This document shows positions 1 to 7,438 of a stretch of 43,942 nt of DNA, in pieces. The position numbers and the translations under genes were made by a program. Location of the stretch: the NCBI GenBank assembly GCA_018057015.1, contig JAGPES010000001.1, positions 1-43,942 on the forward strand, given 5' to 3'. The first letter of the stretch is position 1; each line of letters opens with the position of its first letter. The notes under the pieces are model-generated. The model made no database searches. It had not been told where the DNA came from and was given only the letters and a program-made list of their open reading frames with translations. The stretch is from Pseudomonadales bacterium. GTDB lineage: Bacteria; Pseudomonadota; Gammaproteobacteria; Pseudomonadales; UBA5518.

Positions 1-824
1 AGATCCGGTTCCGGCGCACTGGCCATCGGCGTGCCCGGCTTGGCGCGGAAGTTCTGCACGATCACTTCCTGCAGGTTGCCGTATTCGCGGTGGATCGCGC
101 GCAGCGCCAGCAGCGACTCGACGCGCTCGGTGCGCGTCTCGCCGATACCGATCAGGATGCCGGAGGTGAAGGGCACGCGCGCCTGGCCTGCCAGGCGCAT
201 GGTCCGCAGGCGCACCGACGGCGCCTTGTCGGGCGAACCGTGGTGCGGCATGCCGCGGCCGCACAGCCGCTCGGAGGCCGACTCCAGCATGATGCCCATC
301 GAGGGCGCGAGCGGACGCAGCATCGCGATCTCGCGCTCGTCCATGTTGCCGGCATTGATGTGCGGGAACAGCCCGGTCTCCTCCAGTACCGCGCGCGCCA
401 CGTGCGCGAGATAATCCAGCGTGGTCGCGAACCCCAGCCCGTCCAGCGCCTCGCGCGCGGCGCGGTAGCGCAACTCGGGCTTCTCGCCCAGGGTGAACAG
501 CGCCTCCTTGCAGCCCAGGCGAGCGGCCTCGCGCGCGCTGGCGAGCACCTGGTCCAGCGGCATGTAGGGCGAGTCGATGCGTTTGGGCGTCTGCGCGAAC
601 GTGCAGTAATGGCAGACGTCGCGGCAAAGGTGCGTCAGCGGGATGAACACCTTGCGCGAATAGCTGATGACGTTGCCGTGCGCGGCATCGCGCAGCCCGG
701 CAGCGACCTGCATCAGCGCGGCGGTGTCGTGGATGCCGGCCAGCGCCAGCGCCTGCGCGTCCGACAGACCGTCCGCGCAACGGGCCGCTTCCGCCAGCGC
801 ATCCAGGGGATTCCTGCTCAGCAT
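1..824 (-). CDS. cofG: FO synthase radical-SAM domain, CofG type (stand-alone CofG or N-terminal half of FbiC); runs off the window edge
   Basis: Not in the ORF track because it is open at the window edge. My minus-strand translation from ATG 824..822 gives MLSRNPLDALAEAARCADGLSDAQALALAGIHDTAALMQVAAGLRDAAHGNVISYSRKVFIPLTHLCRDVCHYCTFAQ...GILIGIGETRTERVESLLALRAIHREYGNLQEVIVQNFRAKPGT. Radical-SAM CxxxCxxC motif CRDVCHYC lies at nt 603-626. The gene starts 18 nt downstream of the cofC stop. Confidence 0.85.
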   Translation of the reverse strand, partial: MLSRNPLDALAEAARCADGLSDAQALALAGIHDTAALMQVAAGLRDAAHGNVISYSRKVFIPLTHLCRDVCHYCTFAQTPKRIDSPYMPLDQVLASAREAARLGCKEALFTLGEKPELRYRAAREALDGLGFATTLDYLAHVARAVLEETGLFPHINAGNMDEREIAMLRPLAPSMGIMLESASERLCGRGMPHHGSPDKAPSVRLRTMRLAGQARVPFTSGILIGIGETRTERVESLLALRAIHREYGNLQEVIVQNFRAKPGTPMASAPEPD

Positions 825-842
825 CTGCACGTCGGTACTACC

Positions 843-1556
843 TCAAAAGGTGTGGCCAATGCCCTCGTCGCCACGACGCCGAAGCAGGCGCGTGGTATGG
901 GCTCCGCCGGCATTCTCTGCGCTTTGGCAGATGGCGACAAGCTCCGCCAGGTCGTCGGGATGATCGATGTCCTGCCCCAGACCCGCCCCGTCGTGCTCGG
1001 CCCAGCGCACGCCGGCCGCGCGCGCGGCTTCGTGATGACGCGCGCGACTGCCGGCGCCGAAACGGTACGGCAGCGCATCGGGCGGCGTGCTGAGCAGGCA
1101 ATTGCTGCCCTCGCGGGCGCGGTCGGTGACCAGGGTGGCGAGCGGCGCGCCGCGCGCGCCCAGCGCCGCGAGGTGCGCCTCGATCAGCGCGCGCAGTTCC
1201 GCCGCGCGCGCCAGCGGCAGGTCGGCGTGCATCACCAGCACGTGCTCGGCCCCCTGCGCGCGGACGTGCCCCAGGGCCTCGGTGAGCGCCGCGTTCAGCG
1301 GATCGGCCGCCGCGGGCGCGGGCCGGAACAGTGCCACGCCGTACTCGGCCGCCAGCGCCGCCACGTCCGCGTCGTCGGAAACCAGCACGATGCGCGCCGG
1401 CGCCACCGGCACCGCCTGCAGCGCCTCGATGACGTCGCGGGCCATCGCCTCGACGAGCTCGCGCCGCTGCAGCGCCACCAGTGCGCCGGACAGGCGCTCC
1501 TTGGCGCGGCCCAGGTTCTTCAGCGGCACCAGCACCCACAGCGCGGGGGGGATCAT
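843..1556 (-). CDS. cofC: CofC/FbiD guanylyltransferase of F420 biosynthesis (2-PL, PEP or 3-PG specificity unknown), 237 aa
   Basis: Last 237 codons of track ORF 843..2543, from internal ATG 1556. The sequence MIPPALWVLVPLKNLGRAKERLSG...HVLVMHADLPLARAAELRAL looks like the CofC nucleotidyltransferase fold. The start overlaps the cofD stop as ATGA. The upstream part of the track ORF is Arg/Ala-rich read-through overlapping cofD in another frame. Confidence 0.8.
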   Translation of the reverse strand: MIPPALWVLVPLKNLGRAKERLSGALVALQRRELVEAMARDVIEALQAVPVAPARIVLVSDDADVAALAAEYGVALFRPAPAAADPLNAALTEALGHVRAQGAEHVLVMHADLPLARAAELRALIEAHLAALGARGAPLATLVTDRAREGSNCLLSTPPDALPYRFGAGSRARHHEAARAAGVRWAEHDGAGLGQDIDHPDDLAELVAICQSAENAGGAHTTRLLRRRGDEGIGHTF

Positions 1557-2503
1557 GGACCGAGACTGTCCAGCAGCCCGAGCACGTCGGCGGCGAGGCG
1601 GCGCTTGCTGCCGGCATCCGTCATCACCGTATCGGTCACCAGCACGCGCATGCCCAGCACGCGGATCGCTTCGGCCTGGGCCTCGTCCTCGCGGTCGATC
1701 ACGAAGGCATCGGCAAGCCCGCGGTAGTGGCGCGCGACTTCCAGCGCCGAGACCGGCAGCCCGAGTTCGGCCATCATCTTGGCCGCCGGACCCTTGATCG
1801 CGCGTCCGCCCACGATCGGCGACACCGCGATCACGGGCAGCGCCGCGAGCCGCTCGCGCAGGCCCGGCACGGCCAGCACCGGGTCGACGCTGAGCCAGGG
1901 ATTCGAGGGGCAGATCACCGCGACCGGCCGCGTCGATGCCTCGAGCCATTCGCCGATGGCGGGCGCCGGCCGCGCCGCCGCCGCGTTGTCGAAACGCACG
2001 CCACGCACCAGCGGCTCGCAGCGCTCGCGCACGAAATACGCCTGGAAGGCGAAGCTGCCGCGATCGGTGTCGACCAGCGTGCGCACCGGCGCATCGCTCA
2101 TCGGCACGACCGCATGACGCACGCCGAGCGCCGCGCCGAGGCGCGCCGTCGCCTCGCTCAGGGTGAGCCCCGAGCGCAGCAGCGCGCTGCGCTGCAGGTG
2201 CGTGGCGAGATCGCGGTCGCCGAGGCGGAACCAGTCCGGGCCCCCGAGCGCGCCCAGCGCCCCGATGCACTGCCAGGTCTCGCCCGCGAGGCCCCAGCCG
2301 CGCACCGGGTCGGCGCGGCCCGCCAGTGTGTACAACAGCGTGTCGATGTCCGGGCTGATGTGCAGCCCGAGGTGCTCGAAGTCGTCGCCGGTGTTGGCCA
2401 CGATCAGCAGCTCGGCCGGATCGAGCAGCGCCGCGAGGCCGAAGGCCAGCTTGGCGCCGCCCACGCCGCCCGAGATCGCGAGGACGCGGCGCGCGCTGTT
2501 CAC
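1553..2503 (-). CDS. cofD: 2-phospho-L-lactate transferase CofD/FbiA, 316 aa
   Basis: ORF 1553..2503 reads VLAISGGVGGAKLAFGL...IVANTGDDFEHLGLHISPDIDTLLYTLAG..., typical CofD motifs. GTG start 2503 overlaps the cofE TGA as GTGA. Confidence 0.9.
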   Translation of the reverse strand: MNSARRVLAISGGVGGAKLAFGLAALLDPAELLIVANTGDDFEHLGLHISPDIDTLLYTLAGRADPVRGWGLAGETWQCIGALGALGGPDWFRLGDRDLATHLQRSALLRSGLTLSEATARLGAALGVRHAVVPMSDAPVRTLVDTDRGSFAFQAYFVRERCEPLVRGVRFDNAAAARPAPAIGEWLEASTRPVAVICPSNPWLSVDPVLAVPGLRERLAALPVIAVSPIVGGRAIKGPAAKMMAELGLPVSALEVARHYRGLADAFVIDREDEAQAEAIRVLGMRVLVTDTVMTDAGSKRRLAADVLGLLDSLGP

Positions 2504-3261
2504 TGGCGGAACAGGTCGCGCTCGCGCGCGCGCAGCAGGGCACCCATCCCCTCGCCGGAGGGCTCGAGCTTCGCGCCGCGCACCAGCACCGCCGGGATCG
2601 CCTCGTCGGCCTGCCCCATCACGAAGGAAGCGGCGGCCGCCAGTTCGTCGGCCACCGCGATCTCGGTGATCTCCAGCTTGCGCCCGAACAGGTCCGGCGC
2701 GCCGATGCGGTTCACCACCGGCTTGAAACCGGCGCAGCCGATCGCGAAGCCGATGATGCCGTTGCGCCAGGCGCGTCCGGCGCTGTCGTTGATGATCACG
2801 CTGACGTCGCAGCCGGTGTCGCGCCGTGCGCGTTCGCGCAATTGCCGCGCGCTGGCATCGGGATCGAGCGGCAACAGCAGCACCTTGTCCGGGTCCGCCA
2901 CGTTGGAGCGGTCCACGCCCGCGTTGGCGTGCACGTAGCCGAGACGGTGCTCGACAATCAGCGCACCCGGGCGCTGGCGCATCACCTCGCGCGATTCCGA
3001 GAGGATCACCTCGACCAGCCGCGGGTCCTTGTCGGCGGGCCCGGCGAGCGCCAGCGCGCGTGCCGAAGGCACCACCTCGTCGAGGCGGACGTAGCGGTTC
3101 TCGGCCTTGGAGACGATCTTCTGCGCCACCACCAGCAGGTCGCCGTCACGCATGCCGCCCGCGCAACGCGCCGCCGCCGCGAACAGCATCGCGGCGATGT
3201 CGTCCCCGGGCTCCACCAGCGGCAGCCCGGTCAGCGGGACCAGCGCGAGCGTGCTACTCAC
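2500..3261 (-). CDS. cofE: F420-0:gamma-glutamyl ligase CofE, single-domain, 253 aa
   Basis: ORF 2500..3261 reads GDLLVVAQKIVSKAENRYV...HANAGVDRSNV...VIINDSAGRAWRNG, which are CofE signatures. GTG start 3261 overlaps the fno stop by 8 nt. At 253 aa it has no FbiB-type C-terminal nitroreductase domain. Confidence 0.9.
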   Translation of the reverse strand: MSSTLALVPLTGLPLVEPGDDIAAMLFAAAARCAGGMRDGDLLVVAQKIVSKAENRYVRLDEVVPSARALALAGPADKDPRLVEVILSESREVMRQRPGALIVEHRLGYVHANAGVDRSNVADPDKVLLLPLDPDASARQLRERARRDTGCDVSVIINDSAGRAWRNGIIGFAIGCAGFKPVVNRIGAPDLFGRKLEITEIAVADELAAAASFVMGQADEAIPAVLVRGAKLEPSGEGMGALLRARERDLFRQ

Positions 3262-3946
3262 CGGCCGAATCGAGGCCGGTGATGCGGATGCCCGCGTGGC
3301 ACTTGAAGGCGCGGTTGATGTTGATGATCACCGAGGTCAGCGCCTCGGCGGCGGCGGCGTTCGCGATCGGGCCGGCGTGGAAGCCGCGCATGCCGCAGGC
3401 TTCGACCAGGCCGATCACCGCGGCGCGCGCGTCCTTGTCGTTGCCCGAGACCAGCACGTCGCACTCGATGCCGTGGCCTTCCTGCAGGTGATGGGCGGCG
3501 ACGTTCTGGAACGCCGACACGACCTTGACCGAGTCGCCGAGCAGTTGCTGCGCGGCCATGCCCGCGGAACCTTCGGGGGGCATCTGCACCGTGCCCACCT
3601 TGGGCGGCATCAGCGGCACCGTCACGTCGACCAGTATCTTGCCGTCCAGCGCCGGGCGCACGTGCTCGAGCGTGCTCTTCTGGTGCGCGAACGGAACGGT
3701 CAGCACCACGATGTCGGCGGCGCGCGCCGCATCGAGGTTTTCCATGGCGGCCACGTCGAGCTGCGTCGCACCCCACTCCGCCATGACCTGCCTGAGTTCC
3801 GCGAGCGCGGCCTCGGCCTTCTCCAGCGTCCGCGAGCCGATGATCACCGCGTGCCCGGCCTGGGTCCAGCGCCGAACCAGGCCCGTGCCCAGCGCGCCGG
3901 TGCCGCCCAGTATCGCAATCCTCTTCGAACCTGCCGTCTCGCTCAT
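3254..3946 (-). CDS. npdG: NADPH-dependent F420 reductase (Fno/NpdG), 230 aa
   Basis: ORF 3254..3946 has Rossmann motif IAILGGTGALGTGL and a C-terminal part (VSAFQNVAAHHL...GPIANAAAAEALTSVIININ) typical of the NpdG/Fno family. It is the first gene of the F420 operon. Confidence 0.85.
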   Translation of the reverse strand: MSETAGSKRIAILGGTGALGTGLVRRWTQAGHAVIIGSRTLEKAEAALAELRQVMAEWGATQLDVAAMENLDAARAADIVVLTVPFAHQKSTLEHVRPALDGKILVDVTVPLMPPKVGTVQMPPEGSAGMAAQQLLGDSVKVVSAFQNVAAHHLQEGHGIECDVLVSGNDKDARAAVIGLVEACGMRGFHAGPIANAAAAEALTSVIININRAFKCHAGIRITGLDSAGE

Positions 3947-4006
3947 TCAACCTCCAGGGTGTCCGTGTATCGAATAGCCGCACCGCTGCGCCGTGCACCG
4001 GGGTGG

Positions 4007-4028
4007 CTATAATGGCGCGCCATTCTAG
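4007..4028. promoter_or_regulatory. 22-bp near-perfect palindrome carrying two opposed -10-like hexamers in the fno / SDR divergent intergenic region
   Basis: CTATAATGGCG|CGCCATTCTAG has 10 of 11 arm positions complementary. TATAAT lies on the plus strand at 4008-4013 and TAGAAT on the minus strand at 4027-4022. It sits 45 bp upstream of the SDR ATG and 61 bp upstream of the fno ATG. Confidence 0.35.
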
Positions 4029-4072
4029 TCGCAAGCAGCGGCACAAGTGAATTCTCGACCGCGGAGGGTGAA

Positions 4073-4846
4073 ATGCAGGACAAGCTGGACATGCAGGGCA
4101 AGGTTGTGATCGTCACCGGGGGCGCCAAGGGCGTGGGCGCCGGCATCAGCCAGTGTTTTCTCGAGGCTGGCGCGAGCGTGGCCGTCGTGGGGCGCACGCC
4201 GCCCGAGCGCCTGCCCGCCTGCGGCGCCAACGAGGCGAGCTTCTGGCAGGCCGACGTGCGCGACTACGACCAGCTCAGCGCCTGCACCGACGCCATCGTC
4301 GCCCGCTACGGGCGCATCGACGTGCTGGTCAACAATGCCGGCGGAGCTCCGAACGCCGACGCCGCGACCGCCTCGCCGCGCTTCTCGGAGTCGATCATCC
4401 GGCTGAACCTGCTGGCCCCGCTCAATTTCTCGCAGCTCGCCAACCGCGTGATGCAGCAACAGCAAAGCGGCGGCACCATCATCAACATCGCCAGCGTGAG
4501 CGCGATCCGGCCCTCGCCCGGAACGGCCGCCTACGGCGCGGCGAAGGCGGGCCTGGTGAACCTGTGCACCTCGCTCGCCGTGGAATGGGCGCCGAAGGTG
4601 CGCGTGATCGCGGTGATCTCGGGGCTGGTGGTGACCGAGCAGGCGCACCTGCACTACGGTGACGACGCGGGCATCGCGGCGGTGGGCCGCACCATTCCCC
4701 TCGGCCGCATGGCCGTGCCGGCGGATATCGGCAATGTGTGCCTGTTCCTGGCCTCGCCGCTGGCGAGCTACATCTCGGGCAGCGCGATCACGGTGCACGG
4801 GGGGGGCGAGGCGCCGGCGTTCCTCACGGCGTCGAACGCCGGCTGA
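4073..4846 (+). CDS. SDR family oxidoreductase, 257 aa
   Basis: ORF 4073..4846 has TGGAKGVG, NNAG and YGAAK motifs. RBS GGAGGGTG precedes the ATG. Confidence 0.85.
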   Translation: MQDKLDMQGKVVIVTGGAKGVGAGISQCFLEAGASVAVVGRTPPERLPACGANEASFWQADVRDYDQLSACTDAIVARYGRIDVLVNNAGGAPNADAATASPRFSESIIRLNLLAPLNFSQLANRVMQQQQSGGTIINIASVSAIRPSPGTAAYGAAKAGLVNLCTSLAVEWAPKVRVIAVISGLVVTEQAHLHYGDDAGIAAVGRTIPLGRMAVPADIGNVCLFLASPLASYISGSAITVHGGGEAPAFLTASNAG

Positions 4847-4855
4847 GCGCGAGCC

Positions 4856-5425
4856 TCAGCGCAGTCTCTTCGGCGGCCGGCCGCGGCGAGCCGGCGTTGT
4901 GGCCGGCTTGCGCGTAGCGGGCTTGCGCGAAGCGGGCTTCGCGGCGGCGCGAGTCGCCACCTTCCTGGCGCCGGCAGGCTTGTCACGGGTCTTCGGCTCT
5001 GCCCTGCCCTTGCGCAACGACAGGCCAGACACCTTCTGCGCCAGCGCATTCACCTGGCGCGCCAGCGCATCCAGGCGCGTGTGCACGGCATCGTCGACGC
5101 CCATGCGCTCGCGCACGCGCCCGATCATTTCCTCCACCGTCCGCGTGTTGCTGCCGGCCGCTTCGCTGATGCGCTCGCGCGCCTCGCTGATCCTGTCCTT
5201 CGCCTCGCTGATGCGTTCCTTCAGCGCCTCGCGGCTGTGATCCTCGATCGACTGCCCCTTGCTCACCAGGTCGTGGAAGAACTTCGAGGCTTCCTGGCTC
5301 GCCTTGTCGATCTGCCCGTGCGCGTCCTCGACGCTCTTGCCGTAGGCGCCGAGCCCGGCCAGCCAGATCTTGCGCGCCACGGTCTCGCCGCTCTCGGCCG
5401 GTTTGCGCTTGCGTGTACGTGCCAT
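4856..5425 (-). CDS. phaF: Phasin (PHA granule-associated protein, TIGR01837-like) with a histone-H1/AT-hook-like basic C-terminal tail; PhaF-like, 189 aa
   Basis: ORF 4856..5425 has the N-terminal phasin signature KIWLAGLGAYGKSVEDA...SKFFHDLVSKG. Three 7-aa repeats follow (KERISEA KDRISEA RERISEA). The tail is KPAGARKVATRAAAKPASRKPATRKPATTPARRGRPPKRLR. RBS is GGAGGA. Confidence 0.8.
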   Translation of the reverse strand: MARTRKRKPAESGETVARKIWLAGLGAYGKSVEDAHGQIDKASQEASKFFHDLVSKGQSIEDHSREALKERISEAKDRISEARERISEAAGSNTRTVEEMIGRVRERMGVDDAVHTRLDALARQVNALAQKVSGLSLRKGRAEPKTRDKPAGARKVATRAAAKPASRKPATRKPATTPARRGRPPKRLR

Positions 5426-5536
5426 CGCTCAATCCTCCGTTGTGTGCCCGGCCCCGTCGCCGCGGCCGCTGCATTTTCCGACCCCGGCATGCTAACGGCT
5501 GGAATTGGAAACGACATACTAGTAACGTTCGGACAA

Positions 5537-6211
5537 ATGAAAACACGCGACCGCATCATCCACGTCAGCCTCGAGTTGTTCAACCGCGAGGGTGAGCCCA
5601 ATGTCACCACGGTGGACATAGCCAACGAGCTAGACATCAGCCCCGGCAACCTCTACTACCACTTCAAGGGCAAGGAAGAACTGGTGCGGGAGCTGTTCGA
5701 GCGCTTCTACGAGCAGTTCAACGTGATCCTGCGCGCGCCCGTGCAGAACCCGCTGCGCATGGAGGACAACTGGTTCTACCTGGTGGTCGTGTTCGAGCAC
5801 ATGCACGCCTACCGCTTCCTGTACGGCAACATCTCGCTGATCCTGCAGCGTTACGAGCAGATCCAGCGCCCGTTCCGGCGCCTGATCCACATGAAGCAGG
5901 ATGCCGCGCGTGCCATCTGCTTGCAGCTGCGCAAGGCCGGCATCATGGAGATCGACGACGGGAGCGTCGACATGCTGGCGCGCAGCATCGCGCTCACGAT
6001 CACCTACTGGTTCAACTTCGACAGGCTGCTGGGGGACCGTCCGGGCCAGGACGAGGACCTGATCCACGACGGAGTGCTGCAGGTTCTGTCGCTGATCGCG
6101 CCCCACCTCGGCACGATGCAGCAGGAATTCATGGACACCGCGCACGCGATCCACTCGCGCCTCGGCCGCGCCGCGGCGCAGGCAACGCGCCCCAGGGGAG
6201 GCAAGAGATGA
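5537..6211 (+). CDS. TetR/AcrR family transcriptional regulator (PhaD-like by position), 224 aa
   Basis: Internal ATG 5537 of track ORF 5081..6211. The sequence MKTRDRIIHVSLELFNREGEPNVTTVDIANELDISPGNLYYHFKGKEEL is a TetR helix-turn-helix. The gene is divergent from the phasin gene. The upstream part of the track ORF is antisense to the phasin. Confidence 0.85.
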   Translation: MKTRDRIIHVSLELFNREGEPNVTTVDIANELDISPGNLYYHFKGKEELVRELFERFYEQFNVILRAPVQNPLRMEDNWFYLVVVFEHMHAYRFLYGNISLILQRYEQIQRPFRRLIHMKQDAARAICLQLRKAGIMEIDDGSVDMLARSIALTITYWFNFDRLLGDRPGQDEDLIHDGVLQVLSLIAPHLGTMQQEFMDTAHAIHSRLGRAAAQATRPRGGKR

Positions 6212-6915
6212 ACCGCACCGCTGCCCTTTGCCGCGCCACGGCCGCCCTGTGCGTGCTGCTGCTGTTCGCCGCTCCGCTCGCCACGAAATCCGGCCTGGTG
6301 TCGTGGAAGCTCGGGCTGCCGCTCACCGCGCTGGCCTTTCTCGGCGGCGCCGTTCTGCTGCTCGTCTCGCTGGTGCTGCTGGCGCTGCCGGCGTGGCGCG
6401 CCGTGCGCGCACCGCTCGCGGCGAGCGCCGTGCTGGCCGCGCTGCCCGCACTCGCCGGCGTCGCCGTGATCGCGCCCGGGATCGGGCTGCCGGCGATCCA
6501 CGACGTCAGCACCGATATCGCCGATCCGCCACCGTTCGTGGCACTGCTGGCCCTGCGCGGCCCCGGCGCCAACCCGCTGGTGCGCTCGCCCGAGGTCGAT
6601 GCCGCGCAACGCGCCGCCTGGCCCGGGCTGGTCGCGCTGGACTCGCCGCTGCCGCCGGCGCAGGCGTTCGAGCGCGCCGCCGCAACCGCGCGCGAGCTCG
6701 GCTGGCAGGTTCACGCAGAAGATGCGGCGGCCGGCCTGATCGAGGCCAGCGCGAGCACCTTCTGGTTCGGGTTCGTCGACGACGTCGTGATCCGCGTGCG
6801 AGCGCACGCCGGCGGCTCGCGCATCGACCTGCGCTCGGTGAGCCGCGTCGGCCAGGGCGACCTCGGCGCCAACGCCAGGCGCATCGCGCGCTTCATCGAG
6901 CGCTTCCCCCCCTAG
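6208..6915 (+). CDS. DUF1499 domain membrane protein, 235 aa
   Basis: ORF 6208..6915 has N-terminal hydrophobic segments, then FWFGFVDDVVIRV...RIDLRSVSRVGQGDLGANARRI, typical of DUF1499. The start overlaps the TetR stop as ATGA. Confidence 0.7.
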   Translation: MNRTAALCRATAALCVLLLFAAPLATKSGLVSWKLGLPLTALAFLGGAVLLLVSLVLLALPAWRAVRAPLAASAVLAALPALAGVAVIAPGIGLPAIHDVSTDIADPPPFVALLALRGPGANPLVRSPEVDAAQRAAWPGLVALDSPLPPAQAFERAAATARELGWQVHAEDAAAGLIEASASTFWFGFVDDVVIRVRAHAGGSRIDLRSVSRVGQGDLGANARRIARFIERFPP

Positions 6916-7361
6916 CCGACGCGGATCTCGATGCTGCGCCTGCCGCCGGCGGCACGCTTGGCGATGGCGACCGAGAGCACGCCGTCCTCGACCCGCGCCG
7001 TGATGCGCTCGGGGTCAGCGAGCTCGGGCAGCGCGAAGCTGCGCGCGAAGCGCCCCCCGGTGCGCTCGCTGCGGTGCCGGTGGCCCTCGGCGGCCTCGGC
7101 GCGCGGCAACTCGCGGTGCCCCTGGATCGTCAGCACCCCGTCCTCCACGCCGACGCGAACGTCCTCGCGCTTGACGCCGGGTATCTCGGCATCGATCAGG
7201 TAAAGCTCCGCGGTCTCGGAGATATCCACCAGCGGCCGCCAGTCGGCGGTCGCGATGTGCTCGGATCGCCCGTGCGCGAGCGGCTGCACCGCCGCGCTGC
7301 GCCCGTAGCGCGCGAGCAGCTCTTCGATGTCACGCAGCGGATCCCATTGCGAACTGGCCAT
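6912..7361 (-). CDS. Hsp20/alpha-crystallin small heat-shock protein, 149 aa
   Basis: Last 149 codons of track ORF 6912..8243, from ATG 7361 with RBS AGGAGG. The sequence WRPLVDISETAELYLIDAEIPGVKREDVRVGVEDGVLTIQGHR...RFARSFALPE...ITARVEDGVLSVAI is an alpha-crystallin domain. Confidence 0.9.
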   Translation of the reverse strand: MASSQWDPLRDIEELLARYGRSAAVQPLAHGRSEHIATADWRPLVDISETAELYLIDAEIPGVKREDVRVGVEDGVLTIQGHRELPRAEAAEGHRHRSERTGGRFARSFALPELADPERITARVEDGVLSVAIAKRAAGGRRSIEIRVG

Positions 7362-7438
7362 CACACGCCCTCCTGCAATTGTGGCAATCGTCCGATGTCG
7401 ACTATCCGCCGCCCCAGGCGCGTGATCGTTGACTCGCG

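Noticed and set aside
90-1727. Long plus-strand ORF (545 aa) and its many counterparts elsewhere: 7484..9310, 13484..15049, 15529..17679, 18485..19828, 21756..23558, 23467..26184, 26954..28657, 30287..32428, 34162..35619, 35546..37636 and 38058..40505.
   Set aside because: All lie antisense to, or out of frame with, genes that carry clear family motifs. Their products are Arg/Ala/Gly/Pro-rich low-complexity strings with no recognisable domains. This is the usual stop-codon-poor shadow-ORF effect in very GC-rich DNA.
843-2543. A 566-aa ORF that would fuse CofC to a long N-terminal extension. Similar N-terminal extensions occur in ORFs 5081..6211, 6912..8243, 9019..9909, 9491..11164, 15481..18045, 28534..30816, 32912..34120 and 40552..43098.
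   Set aside because: The extensions overlap neighbouring real genes, are compositionally aberrant and lack homology-like motifs. Internal starts with good RBSs, or start/stop overlaps (ATGA, GTGA), give products of the expected family length.
6912-6915. The DUF1499 and hsp20 genes converge so tightly that their stop codons share the palindrome CTAG, with no intergenic terminator.
   Set aside because: The arrangement is real but is most simply explained by genome compaction. There is no evidence for a functional antisense interaction.
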